Assembly (NCBI GenBank): GCA_016778805.1
Contig: JADHOX010000001.1
Span: forward strand, 6,443-70,442
Reading direction: 5' to 3'
Source: Rickettsiales bacterium
GTDB lineage: Bacteria; Pseudomonadota; Alphaproteobacteria; Rickettsiales; JABIRX01
Length of the DNA stretch: 64,000 nucleotides
The notes beneath the pieces are model-generated. The model searched no databases, had not been told where the DNA came from, and saw nothing but the letters and a program-made list of their open reading frames with translations. Shown piece by piece: positions 1 to 9,274 of the stretch (the stretch's first letter is position 1; each line of letters opens with the position of its first letter). Position numbers and translations under genes: made by a program.

Positions 1-248
1 TATTCCGCTAATAGCTTTTCAAATTGGACATTTTCAATATTTTCAAATATTGTAATTATTTCCTCTTCTGATTTTGCAAATCTTTCTTCATCATTAATAA
101 TATTTAAAAGCTTTTTATTGAGTTCATTTATTGAACCATTAAATGAATAACTAAGCATAAGCGACAATTTTAAACTATCTAAATGGCTTAATCTTATTCT
201 TTCAGAAATTGATTTGGAAATATTGACTAATTGTTTATATGAATCCAC
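1..248 (-). CDS. hypothetical protein, N-terminal 82 codons only (continues past the window edge)
   Basis: Minus-strand frame is open from GTG at 248 (MDSYKQLVNISKSISERIRLSHLDSLKL...) to position 1. A purine-rich AAGAGG+G5 Shine-Dalgarno-like tract lies just upstream. Product is hydrophilic with no TM or signal peptide. Absent from the ORF track because it is truncated. The same frame is also open upstream to another GTG inside the virB9 3' end, so the start is uncertain. Confidence 0.45.
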   Translation of the reverse strand, partial: MDSYKQLVNISKSISERIRLSHLDSLKLSLMLSYSFNGSINELNKKLLNIINDEERFAKSEEEIITIFENIENVQFEKLLAE

Positions 249-267
249 TCCCCCCCTCTTTGAAAAA

Positions 268-1023
268 TTATTTAGGTTTATACAAACTATCGTTATATAC
301 ACAAACAGTGTTAGTACCGTTTCTTAGCGTAAATAATGGAGCAATAGACTCAACAACGATATAATCTCCTACAGATCTAAAATTTACAAGCCCCTCATAT
401 CCATCTGTATCAACTTCAAATATTGCTGGTAACCTTGAATTTTTTCTAGTGAATTCAAAAAATGTAAATTGTCCATCATCAAAAACTTTTACAGGAGCAA
501 TAACATCAGGGCCACTGAATGTATAATTAAAATTATATTTTTCTGGTTTAGATAAATCAGGGATATCATCGTTAATTTCATCAATTAATTCGACATCATT
601 ATTAGAATTAGGATAGATAAATCTTGCTTCAATAATTAAACCATCATGATAAATTGAATCAGCATGAGCAGCATCAAGATTAAAGTGGTAAAGCCTTTTA
701 TTCGTTATTAAGGTCATATTGGTTTTCGCACGCTTTGATTTTGGTTTTAGAAACAACCTATTTCCTGATGGGACCATTTCCCAACCGGTTGTATCTCCCA
801 TTGAGATAGTTTTTATTGATTCGCCAGCTTCAAATTGAATATGCGACTGAAACTCAAAATAACCAGTATATTTATAAAGAGAATCTGTTTTATAAACATA
901 AGTTGCGATTCTTGGATCATAAGCCATTGGTCTTGGGTCGATTTCAGAAAAAGCAAATACTTTTATTGAGCAAATAAAAGAACATGTAATAACAAAAAGA
1001 AGTTTTCTAAAATTTATTTTCAT
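268..1023 (-). CDS. virB9: type IV secretion system protein VirB9 (TrbG/CagX family)
   Basis: N-terminal signal peptide. Family-typical blocks: DPRIATYVY, ISMGDTTGWEMVP, NRLFLKPK, TNMTLITNKRLYHFNL. C-terminal domain blocks: YNFNYTFSG, VFDDGQFTFFEF, PAIFEVDTDGYEGLVNF, FTLRNGTNTVCVYN. These align by eye with Agrobacterium VirB9. ATGA overlap with the upstream virB8-like gene. Confidence 0.8.
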   Translation of the reverse strand: MKINFRKLLFVITCSFICSIKVFAFSEIDPRPMAYDPRIATYVYKTDSLYKYTGYFEFQSHIQFEAGESIKTISMGDTTGWEMVPSGNRLFLKPKSKRAKTNMTLITNKRLYHFNLDAAHADSIYHDGLIIEARFIYPNSNNDVELIDEINDDIPDLSKPEKYNFNYTFSGPDVIAPVKVFDDGQFTFFEFTRKNSRLPAIFEVDTDGYEGLVNFRSVGDYIVVESIAPLFTLRNGTNTVCVYNDSLYKPK

Positions 1024-1781
1024 AGCTTAGTTTTATAATAATTTTTAACAACAAATTGAGGAATCGTTAATTTGTTATTTTCTTGATCAAAAATAACTCC
1101 AGAAAAAACAAAATCAATATGCACTTTATATCTTTCAACAACAGTATCTTTTAAAAGAGACTTTTCTTCAACCTTAATGTCAGCAATAGCCTGATCTGGC
1201 ATGAAGTAAAAAACATCACCGAGATGTCTTACTTGGTTCCAAAAACTTTCATCTACTCCAACTAAACTAAAATTTGTTATAGTTAGTAATCTTGAACCAT
1301 TATTTCCTATTCTGTAAAGTAGGTTTCTTGTATCAGTATATTCAAAACTTTTCTGAAAACTTTTAGCAAATGTATTAGATGAGTTATTAGCAATTTTTTT
1401 GATTCTTCTATCTAATGACAATACATCTAAAGATCCCTTTGAAAATTGTTCATTTAACCTAATAAAGTTTTTTAGGAGATATTCTAAAACCGCAAAATCT
1501 GGATTTTTATATTTATCACTCATTTGATATAATCTCAGAGTTTTTTGAGTATTATCATCATTTACAAGAACAACCGCTCTTTGAACTGATAATGGAAACC
1601 AAGCTTTAACTTCAGTATATAAAACAATTAAACTCATTAACATCAAAAGAGAGCAAATTAGAAAAACACTTCTTGAAAAATATGGATAAAGATATTTGTC
1701 TAGATGCCATTCAAGAGCATGACTAAAAAAAGTCTTATCTTCAATCATTTCTGTAATTTGTTCCTGAGTAGAATTTTCCAT
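1020..1781 (-). CDS. virB8: type IV secretion system protein VirB8-like (bitopic inner-membrane protein)
   Basis: 253 aa with a cytoplasmic N-terminus, a single TM helix (SVFLICSLLMLMSLIVLYTEV) and a periplasmic domain of about 190 aa. Size and topology fit VirB8. Translationally coupled (ATGA) to virB9 in the conserved B8-B9 order. Sequence-level similarity was not verified. Confidence 0.6.
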   Translation of the reverse strand: MENSTQEQITEMIEDKTFFSHALEWHLDKYLYPYFSRSVFLICSLLMLMSLIVLYTEVKAWFPLSVQRAVVLVNDDNTQKTLRLYQMSDKYKNPDFAVLEYLLKNFIRLNEQFSKGSLDVLSLDRRIKKIANNSSNTFAKSFQKSFEYTDTRNLLYRIGNNGSRLLTITNFSLVGVDESFWNQVRHLGDVFYFMPDQAIADIKVEEKSLLKDTVVERYKVHIDFVFSGVIFDQENNKLTIPQFVVKNYYKTKL

Positions 1782-1794
1782 TACTATCTTATAT

Positions 1795-3246
1795 TCATTG
1801 ACCTTGAGATAAAGAAAAACCTAATTTTCCATCAAAAACATAAAGACTTTCAGATTTAACAACTTCAATATTTTCATTTATGCATGAATCTAAAAGCTCT
1901 AATATATCTTTTTGGTAAACTAATTTGTCGGGATTTTTTGAAACAAAACGACATCTTAACAAATCGCTTATTTCATTTTCATTAACATTAACCGGCCAAA
2001 TTTGTAAACCTCTAGAAGATATCATTTGCAATTGTAAATTAAGTTTCTTTGGCAAATTCTCAAGAATTACTACTAATTCATCCATATTAGCGTAATTTTG
2101 GAAAATATACAAATCAATTCCAACTAAAACTCTATTTTTCACTTCTGTCTTAGTTTTGGGCTCTAAAAGATTATTTTGCTTCTCAGAAATTATGATATCT
2201 TTTGAGTGTATTTTTAAAGATTTTTGACCTAACCTTTCAATTAAAGCATCAGTAAATTCAGTAGTTGAAACCTTTTGTTTTGAATTAGAAGAGTTAAACA
2301 TATCAGTTGTATGAATACCATCTTCAATAGTTTTAAAAAGTGCATTTTCAATTAGAGAAGCTTGATCAAACATTTTTAAATGTCTTAACATCATAATTGA
2401 TGCATTAATTAAACCAGAAGGATTTGCAATGTTTTTGCCGGCTATATCAGGAGCTGAGCCATGAATTGCTTCGAACATAGCAAAATCATCACCAATATTT
2501 GCTGATCCGCACATTCCAACACTACCAAGCATCTCAGCAATAACATCAGAAATTATGTCACCATATAAATTCATGGTAACAATAACATCAAAACTTTCCG
2601 GATATTTAGCCATCCTTCCAGTACCAATATCAACTATAATTTTGTCAGATTGAATATCTGGATATTTTTGAGATATCTCATCGAAAACAGAGGCAAAAAG
2701 TCCATCTGTCATTTTCATAATATTATCTTTAACAGTACAAGTAACTTTTTTTCGACCATGTTTTACAGCATAATCAAATGCATAATTAATAATCTTTTCA
2801 CAACCTTGCCTAGTAACTAATTTTAATGACTGATAAGTATCTTCTGTTAAACGATATTCTATACCAGCATATAAATCTTCTTCATTTTCTCTGACAATAA
2901 CAACATCGGCATTATCTGAATAAGATTCTATATATGGAGCATAAGATCTTATCGGCCTAACATTAGCATATAGACCTAAACCTTTTCTAAATGTTACATT
3001 TAAACTTTTATAACCACCACCTGAAGGAGTCGTAATTGGAGCTTTTAGAAGAATTTTGTTATTAAGCACTGTCTCCCAAGAACTGGGAGATATTCCTGAT
3101 TCAAAGCCTTGAGAATATAATTTATTACCAACTTCAATGATATCAATGGATAAATTTACTTTAGCTGCTCTAAATATTGCTAAAACAGACTCCATAATTT
3201 CAGGACCTATGCCATCTCCATAGGCAATTGCAATTCTATCAGACAT
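1795..3246 (-). CDS. icd: isocitrate dehydrogenase, long alphaproteobacterial/Rickettsia type with C-terminal extension
   Basis: IAYGDGIGPEI, RENEEDLYAG, NLYGDIISD and GSAPDIAGKNIANP motifs of the isocitrate/isopropylmalate dehydrogenase superfamily, plus a C-terminal extension of about 140 aa. I place the start at ATG 3246 (MSDRIAIAYG...) rather than the track start at 3291. Confidence 0.85.
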   Translation of the reverse strand: MSDRIAIAYGDGIGPEIMESVLAIFRAAKVNLSIDIIEVGNKLYSQGFESGISPSSWETVLNNKILLKAPITTPSGGGYKSLNVTFRKGLGLYANVRPIRSYAPYIESYSDNADVVIVRENEEDLYAGIEYRLTEDTYQSLKLVTRQGCEKIINYAFDYAVKHGRKKVTCTVKDNIMKMTDGLFASVFDEISQKYPDIQSDKIIVDIGTGRMAKYPESFDVIVTMNLYGDIISDVIAEMLGSVGMCGSANIGDDFAMFEAIHGSAPDIAGKNIANPSGLINASIMMLRHLKMFDQASLIENALFKTIEDGIHTTDMFNSSNSKQKVSTTEFTDALIERLGQKSLKIHSKDIIISEKQNNLLEPKTKTEVKNRVLVGIDLYIFQNYANMDELVVILENLPKKLNLQLQMISSRGLQIWPVNVNENEISDLLRCRFVSKNPDKLVYQKDILELLDSCINENIEVVKSESLYVFDGKLGFSLSQGQ

Positions 3247-3348
3247 TATAAATAAGAAAAAAAAATTTAAAAAAATTGCTTTACTAATCAATCATTTTAG
3301 ATAGAGATTAGCATTATTTTTTCAAGTAATTATTTCTGCATTTTTATA

Positions 3349-4089
3349 ATGACTAATTTTATTCCATCAATACACAGAGAAGGTTATATTTACATCGTTA
3401 TAGCTCTTATCTTTACATTAATTTGTTCATCTATTTCTACAAACTTGACCTGGATATCAGCTCTCTCAACTTTGTATATAATATATTTTTTTAGAGATCC
3501 TGAAAGAACAACACCAACAAATGGAAATTTTGTTGTTTCCTCAGCTGATGGTGTAATTACGGCTATTGAAAAAGCATATCCACCAGAAGAATTAAATATC
3601 GAACAACAAGAATATTTACGAGTCAGCACTTTTTTAAGCGTTTTTGATGTTCACGTCAATAGAACACCAATTAACGGAACTGTCATAGACACCCAATACA
3701 GATCAGGAAAGTTTTTAAATGCTTCTTTAGATAAAGCTTCAACTGATAATGAAAGGCAATCTACTGTTATTAAAACTAAATCAAATCAAAATATAGTTGT
3801 TACTCAAATAGCTGGTTTAATTGCAAAAAGAATTATATGTGATTATGCGATTAATGATGAAATAAGAGTTGGTGAAAAGTTTGGTATTATCAAATTTGGA
3901 TCTAGAGTTGATTTATACTTGCCACTTGATTCTGAAGTTAATGTTTTAACTGGCCAAAGGGTTGTTGGTGGTGAAACTGTTATTGCCAAATTAGTTCAAG
4001 AAAAAGCTTCTGTAAAAGATAAAAAACCAGCTGCAAAATCTAATAAGGCAACTTCAAAATCTAGTAAGACAAAGAAAACAGATAAATAA
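3349..4089 (+). CDS. psd: phosphatidylserine decarboxylase proenzyme (short type) with a Lys-rich C-terminal tail
   Basis: N-terminal TM helices. Blocks VSSADGVI, FLSVFDVHVNRTP and the G-S processing-type motif in GIIKFGSRVDLYLP. Immediately upstream of pssA. Confidence 0.85.
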   Translation: MTNFIPSIHREGYIYIVIALIFTLICSSISTNLTWISALSTLYIIYFFRDPERTTPTNGNFVVSSADGVITAIEKAYPPEELNIEQQEYLRVSTFLSVFDVHVNRTPINGTVIDTQYRSGKFLNASLDKASTDNERQSTVIKTKSNQNIVVTQIAGLIAKRIICDYAINDEIRVGEKFGIIKFGSRVDLYLPLDSEVNVLTGQRVVGGETVIAKLVQEKASVKDKKPAAKSNKATSKSSKTKKTDK

Positions 4090-4095
4090 TCTGCC

Positions 4096-4806
4096 ATGAA
4101 AAATAAAGATTCAAAGCTACCATTAGTTTCAATGATTCCTAATATTGTTACTTTATTAGGAATGATCATTGGCCTAACTTCTATTAGGTATGCTTTGGAT
4201 TTTAAATGGGAATATGCTGTTGGATTAATTGTTATATCAGCATTTATTGATGGTCTTGATGGAAGGATAGCAAGAGCTTTAAATGCTTCAAGTAAATTTG
4301 GAGCCGAGTTAGATTCACTTGCTGATTTCTTAAATTTTGGTATTGCCCCAGCAATACTTTTATATCTATGGTCATTTACTCATATACCATTTAAAGGCGT
4401 TGGTTGGTCAATAACTATTTTAATTATTGTCTGCTGTGCATTTAGGCTAGCGCGCTTTAATTGTGAAGAAAGTAATGATAATATTTTTAAAGGTATTTCA
4501 TCTCCTTGTGGAGGTGGTTTATTATTGGTACCAATTATGCTATCTTTTAATGATTTCAACATTCATTTTGCTCCACTTTATGTGGCAATATTTTCGATAA
4601 CTATAGCTTTATTAATGGCCAGTAATATAGCAACTATTTCAGTAAAAAAGTTACAAATCCCTGCTAAATTTTACTTCCCTACCCTAATTGCAATTACAAC
4701 ATTTTTTGTATTACTAATTATTAGACCTTGGATTTGCCTTCCAATCATGGGTCTAATATATATATCTACTATACCTGTCACTGTTTTTATTTATCGGAAA
4801 AATTAG
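4096..4806 (+). CDS. pssA: CDP-diacylglycerol--serine O-phosphatidyltransferase
   Basis: CDP-alcohol phosphatidyltransferase signature DGLDGRIARALNASSKFGAELDSLAD. Polytopic membrane protein adjacent to psd. Confidence 0.9.
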   Translation: MKNKDSKLPLVSMIPNIVTLLGMIIGLTSIRYALDFKWEYAVGLIVISAFIDGLDGRIARALNASSKFGAELDSLADFLNFGIAPAILLYLWSFTHIPFKGVGWSITILIIVCCAFRLARFNCEESNDNIFKGISSPCGGGLLLVPIMLSFNDFNIHFAPLYVAIFSITIALLMASNIATISVKKLQIPAKFYFPTLIAITTFFVLLIIRPWICLPIMGLIYISTIPVTVFIYRKN

Positions 4807-4810
4807 ACAG

Positions 4811-5242
4811 ATGGAAATATTATTAATTAATGGACCAAATCTAAACTTATTAGAATTAAGAGATAAAACTCAATATGGAGACTTATCTTACAATGAACTA
4901 GTTAGCAAAGTTACAAATTATGCTAAAAGTTTTGATTTTAATTTATCATCCAAACAATCAAATTCTGAAAGTGAAATTATTAATATAATTCATAAAGCAA
5001 TAACCTCTAAAAAAGTAACAGCAATCATAATAAATGCAGGAGCTTACACACATACATCTATAGCAATCCTAGATGCGCTTAATATCTTTTCAGGAAAAGT
5101 GATAGAGGTTCATTTGTCAGATATATCAAAGAGAGAAGATTTTAGAAAGACATCATATATAAGTTATAGAGCAGATGCTCTTTTCAAAGGAGAAGGCTTA
5201 AACAGCTATTATAAAGCAATTGATTATTTAAGAGGTAAATAA
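4811..5242 (+). CDS. aroQ: 3-dehydroquinate dehydratase, type II
   Basis: ILLINGPNLNLL, IINAGAYTHTSIA and VEVHLSDISKREDFR motifs; 143 aa. Confidence 0.9.
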   Translation: MEILLINGPNLNLLELRDKTQYGDLSYNELVSKVTNYAKSFDFNLSSKQSNSESEIINIIHKAITSKKVTAIIINAGAYTHTSIAILDALNIFSGKVIEVHLSDISKREDFRKTSYISYRADALFKGEGLNSYYKAIDYLRGK

Positions 5243-5974
5243 ATGTTTAACATAAGTAACAAAAATATTTTAATCACTGGTGCAACAGGAGGAATTGGTA
5301 AAGCTCTATGCAAAAGCTTCCTTGCTGCTGATTGCAATATTTTTCTAGTTGGTACATCAAATGAAAAACTTAATAAATTTATTGATGAAGAACTTGATAA
5401 CAACAAATGCTCAGCTTTCCAATGTGATCTAAGTGACAAAGAATCAATAAAAGAATTAACAAAAGCAATTAACGGTAAAATTGATGTTATTATCAACAAT
5501 GCAGGAATAACCAAAGATAACCTTTCAATGCTTATGTCAGATGAAGAATGGGATTCAGTTATCAATGTAAATTTAAACTCAGTTTTCTACCTAACAAGAA
5601 GTTTAATTAGGCCAATGATGAAAAAACGCAATGGAAGAATTATCAATATTACATCTGTTGTTGGCCATTCGGGTAACCCAGGTCAATCAAACTATTGCGC
5701 AACTAAATCTGGTGTGTTAGGAATGAGCAAATCACTAGCACTTGAACTTGCATCAAGAAACGTAACAGTAAATTGCATAGCACCAGGTTTTATTGAGACT
5801 GCGATGACAGATAAACTTACAGATGATCAAAAAAATTCAATTTTAAGTAATATTCCAACCAAAAAGCTTGGATCAGCTGAAGATATTGCTGCTGCAGCTT
5901 TATTTTTAGCTAGTGATGAAGCTAAATATATAACTGGTCAAACATTACATGTGAATGGTGGATTATATATGTAA
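5243..5974 (+). CDS. fabG: 3-oxoacyl-[acyl-carrier-protein] reductase
   Basis: Classical SDR motifs: TGATGGIGKA, NNAGIT, YCATKSG. Sits in the fabG-acpP-fabF synteny. Confidence 0.9.
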   Translation: MFNISNKNILITGATGGIGKALCKSFLAADCNIFLVGTSNEKLNKFIDEELDNNKCSAFQCDLSDKESIKELTKAINGKIDVIINNAGITKDNLSMLMSDEEWDSVINVNLNSVFYLTRSLIRPMMKKRNGRIINITSVVGHSGNPGQSNYCATKSGVLGMSKSLALELASRNVTVNCIAPGFIETAMTDKLTDDQKNSILSNIPTKKLGSAEDIAAAALFLASDEAKYITGQTLHVNGGLYM

Positions 5975-6064
5975 TTTAAAATAAATTAATTTGATTGAAT
6001 ATTTATCTTTAAAATTAAAACCATCTGTTTATTAATTTCCCCATAATTTTTTTATGAGTATCAA

Positions 6065-6298
6065 ATGAGTGAAACATTACAAAAAGTTACAAATATAGTT
6101 TCAGAAAACCTAGGAGTTGAAGCTGACAAAGTTCAAGAATCTTCTAACTTCGTTGAAGATCTTGGTGCAGACAGCCTTGATCAAGTTGAGCTAGTAATGG
6201 CTTTTGAAGAGGAATTTGGTATCGAAATCCCAGATGATGCTATTGAAAAAATTAAGACTGTAGCTGACGCTGTTAGTCATATTGATAGCAACAAATAA
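6065..6298 (+). CDS. acpP: acyl carrier protein
   Basis: 77 aa with the [25 protein letters not shown] phosphopantetheine attachment motif. Confidence 0.95.
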   Translation: MSETLQKVTNIVSENLGVEADKVQESSNFVEDLGADSLDQVELVMAFEEEFGIEIPDDAIEKIKTVADAVSHIDSNK

Positions 6299-6302
6299 TA
6301 AG

Positions 6303-7565
6303 ATGAGAAGAGTCGTCGTAACCGGATTAGGTGCTGTTACACCACTTGGTTCTGGAATAAAAACAAATTGGGATAATCTAGTTAATCTTAGATCTGGAAT
6401 TTCAAACGTTACACAGTTTGATGTTTCAGATATAACGTCAAAAATAGCTGGTTCTGTTCCTATTGGTTCTGATTCTGGATCATTTAATCCTGACGACTTA
6501 ATGTCTATTAAAGAACAACGTAAAGTTTCCAACTTTATATTATTTGGTATGGAAGCTGCTCGTCAAGCAATAGAAGATTCTGGTTTTGATTCACTTGATG
6601 ATGAAACACTTAACAGAATTGGCGTTATTATTGGCTCCGGCATAGGTGGTATTAACGAAATATCTGATAATACAAGAATAATTGATGATAAAGGTCCAAG
6701 AAGAATTAGTCCTTTTTTCATTCCTAGCAGTTTAATTAACCTTGTATCTGGTCAAGTATCTATTAAATATGGCTTTAAAGGTCCTAACCACTCGGTGGTT
6801 ACTGCTTGTGCTACTGGAACACATGCCATTGGTGATGCTTTCAGAATTATTAAATATGGCGATGCTGATGCGATGATTTCAGGTGGTAGTGAATCTGCTC
6901 TTAATAAATTAGCAATGGCTGGTTTTGCTTCCGCTAGAGCATTATCAACTGGATATAATGATACCCCTACAAAAGCATCTAGACCATGGGATGCAGGTCG
7001 CGATGGATTTGTTATGGGTGAAGGTTCTGGTGTTATTGTGTTAGAAGAGTTAGAATTTGCTAAAAAACGCGGTGCTAAAATTTATTGTGAAATAGTTGGT
7101 TATGGAATGTCAGGTGATGCATACCATATCACTTCACCTGCTGAAAATGGCGATGGTGCATTTAGATGCATGACTAACGCATTAAATGATGCAAAAATCT
7201 CAACTGATAAAGTTGACTACATAAATGCTCATGGAACATCTACTCCTTTAGGTGATAAAATTGAGTTAAATACAGTAGCCAGATTATTTAAAAACAGATC
7301 AGAATCATTATCAATGAGTTCAACTAAATCGTTAACTGGTCATTTGCTTGGTGCAGCAGGCGCAATTGAAGCTATTTATAGCGTTAAAGCTATTGCTGAA
7401 TCTACAAGACCTGGTACATTAAACCTAGAAGACCCTATTGATTCACATGGTATAAATCTTCAACCCAATAAAGTCTTAGAGGTTGATACTAATTATGCAT
7501 TATCAAATTCTTTTGGTTTTGGCGGCACAAACGCGTCCTTAGTATTTAAAAAATTTGATGGTTAA
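6303..7565 (+). CDS. fabF: 3-oxoacyl-ACP synthase II
   Basis: MRRVVVTGLGAVTPLG start, active-site Cys in VVTACATGTHAIG, HGTSTPLGD, GHLLGAAG, FGFGGTNASLVF. ATG at 6303 preferred over the TTG at 6282 that overlaps acpP. Confidence 0.9.
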   Translation: MRRVVVTGLGAVTPLGSGIKTNWDNLVNLRSGISNVTQFDVSDITSKIAGSVPIGSDSGSFNPDDLMSIKEQRKVSNFILFGMEAARQAIEDSGFDSLDDETLNRIGVIIGSGIGGINEISDNTRIIDDKGPRRISPFFIPSSLINLVSGQVSIKYGFKGPNHSVVTACATGTHAIGDAFRIIKYGDADAMISGGSESALNKLAMAGFASARALSTGYNDTPTKASRPWDAGRDGFVMGEGSGVIVLEELEFAKKRGAKIYCEIVGYGMSGDAYHITSPAENGDGAFRCMTNALNDAKISTDKVDYINAHGTSTPLGDKIELNTVARLFKNRSESLSMSSTKSLTGHLLGAAGAIEAIYSVKAIAESTRPGTLNLEDPIDSHGINLQPNKVLEVDTNYALSNSFGFGGTNASLVFKKFDG

Positions 7566-8535
7566 AAAAATTACTTTTAGCATTTTCGCTATAAGTGTAT
7601 TTACATTTTTGCTTTTATTTAATTCATTAAATTCAAAAGTTAATTTAACTGATGAATTTATTTATGAAGTTAAAAATGGCCAAACATCCGTTTCTGTTAT
7701 TAAAAATTTACAAAAACTAAATATTCTTTCCGATAATTCGTTATACTTATTTTTAATTAAAATCGAAAATAAAACTTTTGGTAATATAAATTTTAAAACT
7801 GGTGAATACTTAATTAAACCAGGAGATAGCTTTTTAAATTTAATTAAAAAATTTAATAATAATGATGCATTTCAAAGAAAAATAACATTTCCAGAAGGTT
7901 TGTCTAACCAACAAACTTTTGACATCATTGAATCAAACCAGTATTTGTCCGGAAAAATTACCATAAAAACAAAAGAAGGTTATCTTTTTCCTGACACATA
8001 TTATTTTTCAAAAAATATGCCAAGAAATGATCTTATAAAAATTATGCAAAATAGAACTGACAATTTGCTTAATGATTATTGGAATAAATATAATAATAAC
8101 ATCCCTTTTAAATCAAAAGAGGAAGTTCTAATTATGGCATCAATTATAGAAAAAGAAACAGGTCACACTGATGAAAGAGATTTAGTATCTGGAGTATTTT
8201 ATAATAGAATTAATAAAAACATGCGACTTCAATCTGATCCTACTGTAATTTATTCAATTACAAAGGGACAATATCAGTTAAATAGACCTCTTTCAAAGAG
8301 AGATTTAAGAACCCCATCTAAATTTAATACTTATAGAAATAGAGGGTTACCTCCAACTCCAATTGCTAACCCAGGTTATAAAGCAATTTATGCTGCTTTT
8401 AATCCCGCAAAAACAAATTATATATATTTTGTTGCAAATGGAGAAGGTGGCCATAATTTTGCAACTAATCTTAAAGATCACAATAAAAATGTGAGAATTC
8501 TCCGAAAAATCGAACGTTTAAGGAAGTCAAATTAA
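7558..8535 (+). CDS. mltG: endolytic murein transglycosylase MltG (YceG family)
   Basis: N-terminal TM anchor. Blocks ASIIEKETG, RLQSDPTVIY, FNTYRNRGLPPTPIANPG. ATG at 7558 overlaps the fabF stop. Confidence 0.85.
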   Translation: MVKKITFSIFAISVFTFLLLFNSLNSKVNLTDEFIYEVKNGQTSVSVIKNLQKLNILSDNSLYLFLIKIENKTFGNINFKTGEYLIKPGDSFLNLIKKFNNNDAFQRKITFPEGLSNQQTFDIIESNQYLSGKITIKTKEGYLFPDTYYFSKNMPRNDLIKIMQNRTDNLLNDYWNKYNNNIPFKSKEEVLIMASIIEKETGHTDERDLVSGVFYNRINKNMRLQSDPTVIYSITKGQYQLNRPLSKRDLRTPSKFNTYRNRGLPPTPIANPGYKAIYAAFNPAKTNYIYFVANGEGGHNFATNLKDHNKNVRILRKIERLRKSN

Positions 8536-8546
8536 TTATCTCTACA

Positions 8547-9227
8547 ATGAAAATACGATCTATTCTTTTTTATGCAACTTTATCTTTATGGACAATTTTT
8601 ATTGGCATTTTAATGCTTCCATTTGCAATGCTAAGCAAGAAATATGCTGTATCAACTAGTTACCAATGGTCAAAATACACGCTATTCTTATGTAAACATA
8701 TTCTTGGAATTGACTATAAAATTGATGGAGTTGACAAAGTCTCACATGAGAGTTGTATCATTTGTTCAAATCATCAATCAGCTTGGGAAACTATTTTTTT
8801 CTTATATTACTTTCGTAATCCTATTTTTATCTTAAAAAAAGAACTTTTTTATCTACCAATTATTGGATATTATATCAAAAGATTAGGCATGATTTTTATT
8901 GATCGCGACAAACCAATTGAATCAATAAAAAAAATTAAAAAATCTATAAAAAACAATAATCAAAAAATTGTTATTTTCCCTGAAGGCACTAGAATCAAAT
9001 ATAAAAATAGAGGCAAATTTAAAAGTGGCGTTTTTTTTATTGCTAAAACTTTAAAGTTACCAATTATACCAAATGCTCATAATGCTGGAAAATTTTGGCC
9101 CAAAGGCATGTTTGGAAAAAAGTCAGGTGTAATCACATCAAGATTTTTAGACCCAGTAAATAATTTTGAGGATAAAAATAAACTTATAAAATCTCTAGAA
9201 AATAATATTTATTCATCTATTTTATAA
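8547..9227 (+). CDS. plsC: 1-acyl-sn-glycerol-3-phosphate acyltransferase
   Basis: Acyltransferase motifs NHQSAWE (H-x4-D/E type) and FPEGTR, with an N-terminal TM. Confidence 0.85.
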   Translation: MKIRSILFYATLSLWTIFIGILMLPFAMLSKKYAVSTSYQWSKYTLFLCKHILGIDYKIDGVDKVSHESCIICSNHQSAWETIFFLYYFRNPIFILKKELFYLPIIGYYIKRLGMIFIDRDKPIESIKKIKKSIKNNNQKIVIFPEGTRIKYKNRGKFKSGVFFIAKTLKLPIIPNAHNAGKFWPKGMFGKKSGVITSRFLDPVNNFEDKNKLIKSLENNIYSSIL

Positions 9228-9274
9228 GCCAATTTTATATTAATCTTTTTTATTAAAACTTAATTTTAAAAGTC

